In this document: positions 62,605-64,000 of the stretch, one piece after another
Numbering within the stretch: the stretch's first letter is position 1
Layout of the letters: every line of letters starts with the position of its first letter
Source: Squalus acanthias
Lineage: Eukaryota
Length of the DNA stretch: 64,000 nucleotides
Assembly (NCBI GenBank): GCA_030390025.1
Contig: CM059432.1
Span: 7,316,001 to 7,380,000, forward strand
Reading direction: 5' to 3'
Translations under genes and position numbers: made by a program
The notes under the pieces: generated by a model
Seen by the model: only the letters and a program-made list of their open reading frames with translations
Databases searched by the model: none
Told to the model about the DNA's origin: nothing

Positions 62605-63048
62605 GCGTCTCTGGCTCAGTGGGCAGCACCCTCGCCTCTGGGTCAGAAGGTTGTGGGTTCAAGTCCCACTCCTGGGACTTGAGCACAAAAATCTAAGCTA
62701 ACAGTGCTGAGGGAGTGCCGCACTGTCGGAGGTGCCGTCTTTCGGTTGAGACGTTAAACCGAGGCCCCATCTGCTCTCTCAGGTGGACGTAAAAGATCCC
62801 ACGGATACTATTTCGAAGAAGAGCAGGGGAGTTATCCCCGGTGTCCTGGCCAATATTTATCACTAAAACAGATTATCTGGTCATTATCACATTGCTGTTT
62901 GTGGGAGCTTGCTGTGTGCAAATTGGCTGCTGTGTTTCCTACATTATAACAGCGACTACACTTCAAAAAGTACTTAATTGGCTGTAAAGCGCTTTGGGAC
63001 GTCCGGTAGTTGTGAAAGGCGCTATAGAAATGCAAGTCTTTCTTTTTT
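62605..63048 (+). mobile_element. Deu-domain SINE
   Basis: A/B boxes, core, tail. Confidence 0.87.
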
Positions 63049-63595
63049 AGCATAATAAACGTCCCGTGGCGCTTAACAGGAGCATTATCAAAAACAATAT
63101 TTAACACCGAGCCTTATAAGGAGATTCAGCCTTAATCTGTCACATTAACACCACCTCTAGCTCTTAATGTCTCTTAATGTCTCTTCATCTCCTCTTTTGT
63201 TCCTTTATCCCCTCCCCCTTTTCCCAGCTTTACTCTGGCCTTAAATCTATTTGATTTCCAGCTCTTCCCAGTTCTGATGAAAGGTCATCGACCTGAAACG
63301 TCAACTCTCTTTCTCTCTCCACGGATGCTGCCTGGCCTGCTGAGTTTTTCCAGCGTTTTCTGATGTTAGGGCAGATGGCCAGATGCTTGTTCAAAGAGGC
63401 AGGTTTTAAGGAGCGTCTTAAAGGAGGAGAGAGGGAGGCGGAGAGGTTTAAGGAGGAAATTCCAGAGCTCTCGGGCCTAGGCAGCTGAAGGCACGGCCGC
63501 CAATGGTGGAGCGATGGAAATCGGGGATGCGTGAGAGGCCAGAATTGGCCGCGCGCAGAGATCTCGGAGGGTTGTGGGGCTGGAGGAGATTACAA
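63049..63595 (-). mobile_element. L2 3' end split by a plus-strand Penelope family A terminus (about 63126-63362)
   Basis: AAGGAGAT | TTAGGGCAGATGGCC collinear with other L2 copies. Confidence 0.8.
63270..63306 (+). ncRNA. Minimal hammerhead ribozyme motif (family A) with GUC cleavage triplet
   Basis: AGTT-CTGATGA-A-AGGTC(ATC)GACCT-GAAA-CG-T-C-AACT. Confidence 0.8.
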
Positions 63596-64000
63596 CATTG
63601 ATTTACCCAAGAAGGATTAGGTTCTTAACTCTAATTATAAGATCGGTTCTTCAATTGATTTTGAAACCAACTGCAATAATGGGTAAAGTGATCGAACTAA
63701 AACAAAAAGAAGATGGCTTCTCCCCGATCTCGATGACCAAGTAATTTTGCCCGTTCAAATCCTTCAGGCAGGACAGCATTAAACTCCGCTGGCATTTCGT
63801 GACATGAAAAATGCATGAATAGGGAACTTATAAAAGATAACGGCGGTTAAACTGGGCCGTGTAGCGCCCGTTTGTCAGACGCTAGGCGGCCTCCTAAGGA
63901 AACGCGCCGCCCGCCATATTGGGTAAGGACAAACAAGAGGCGTCCTTTAACCACGCTTGAAAGCAGGTGTAGGGCCTTTTGCATATGCCTCGCTCCAACA

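Noticed and set aside
8270..63107. Recurrent short ORFs such as DYLVIITLLFVGACCAQIGCRVS
   Set aside because: Translations of the non-coding SINE consensus, not a gene family

Overview
Eukaryotic, almost entirely repeat-derived DNA. The repeat repertoire (CR1/HER1-type LINEs, L2 LINEs, Deu-domain tRNA SINEs, RTE, Penelope-like elements, PIF/Harbinger transposons) points to a cartilaginous fish, most likely a shark; this taxonomic call is inference. No host protein-coding exon could be recognised, and nearly every long ORF is a transposable-element remnant. Main structures: (1) two families of Penelope-like termini, each carrying a minimal hammerhead-ribozyme motif with a palindromic helix III (7 recognisable copies); (2) a PIF/Harbinger set made of one near-complete two-gene element (spliced Myb/SANT gene plus convergent DDE transposase), two deletion derivatives and about 8 MITEs with TIRs and 3-bp TSDs, several nested; in one derivative the transposase has collapsed onto a (GAA)n tract; (3) a single-ORF APE-RT LINE whose 5' end is a tRNA/SINE-like Pol III head; (4) an 803-bp solo LTR with a 4-bp TSD; (5) a nearly intact CR1 ORF2. 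Family assignments rest on motif recognition by eye, and coordinates of degraded copies are approximate.
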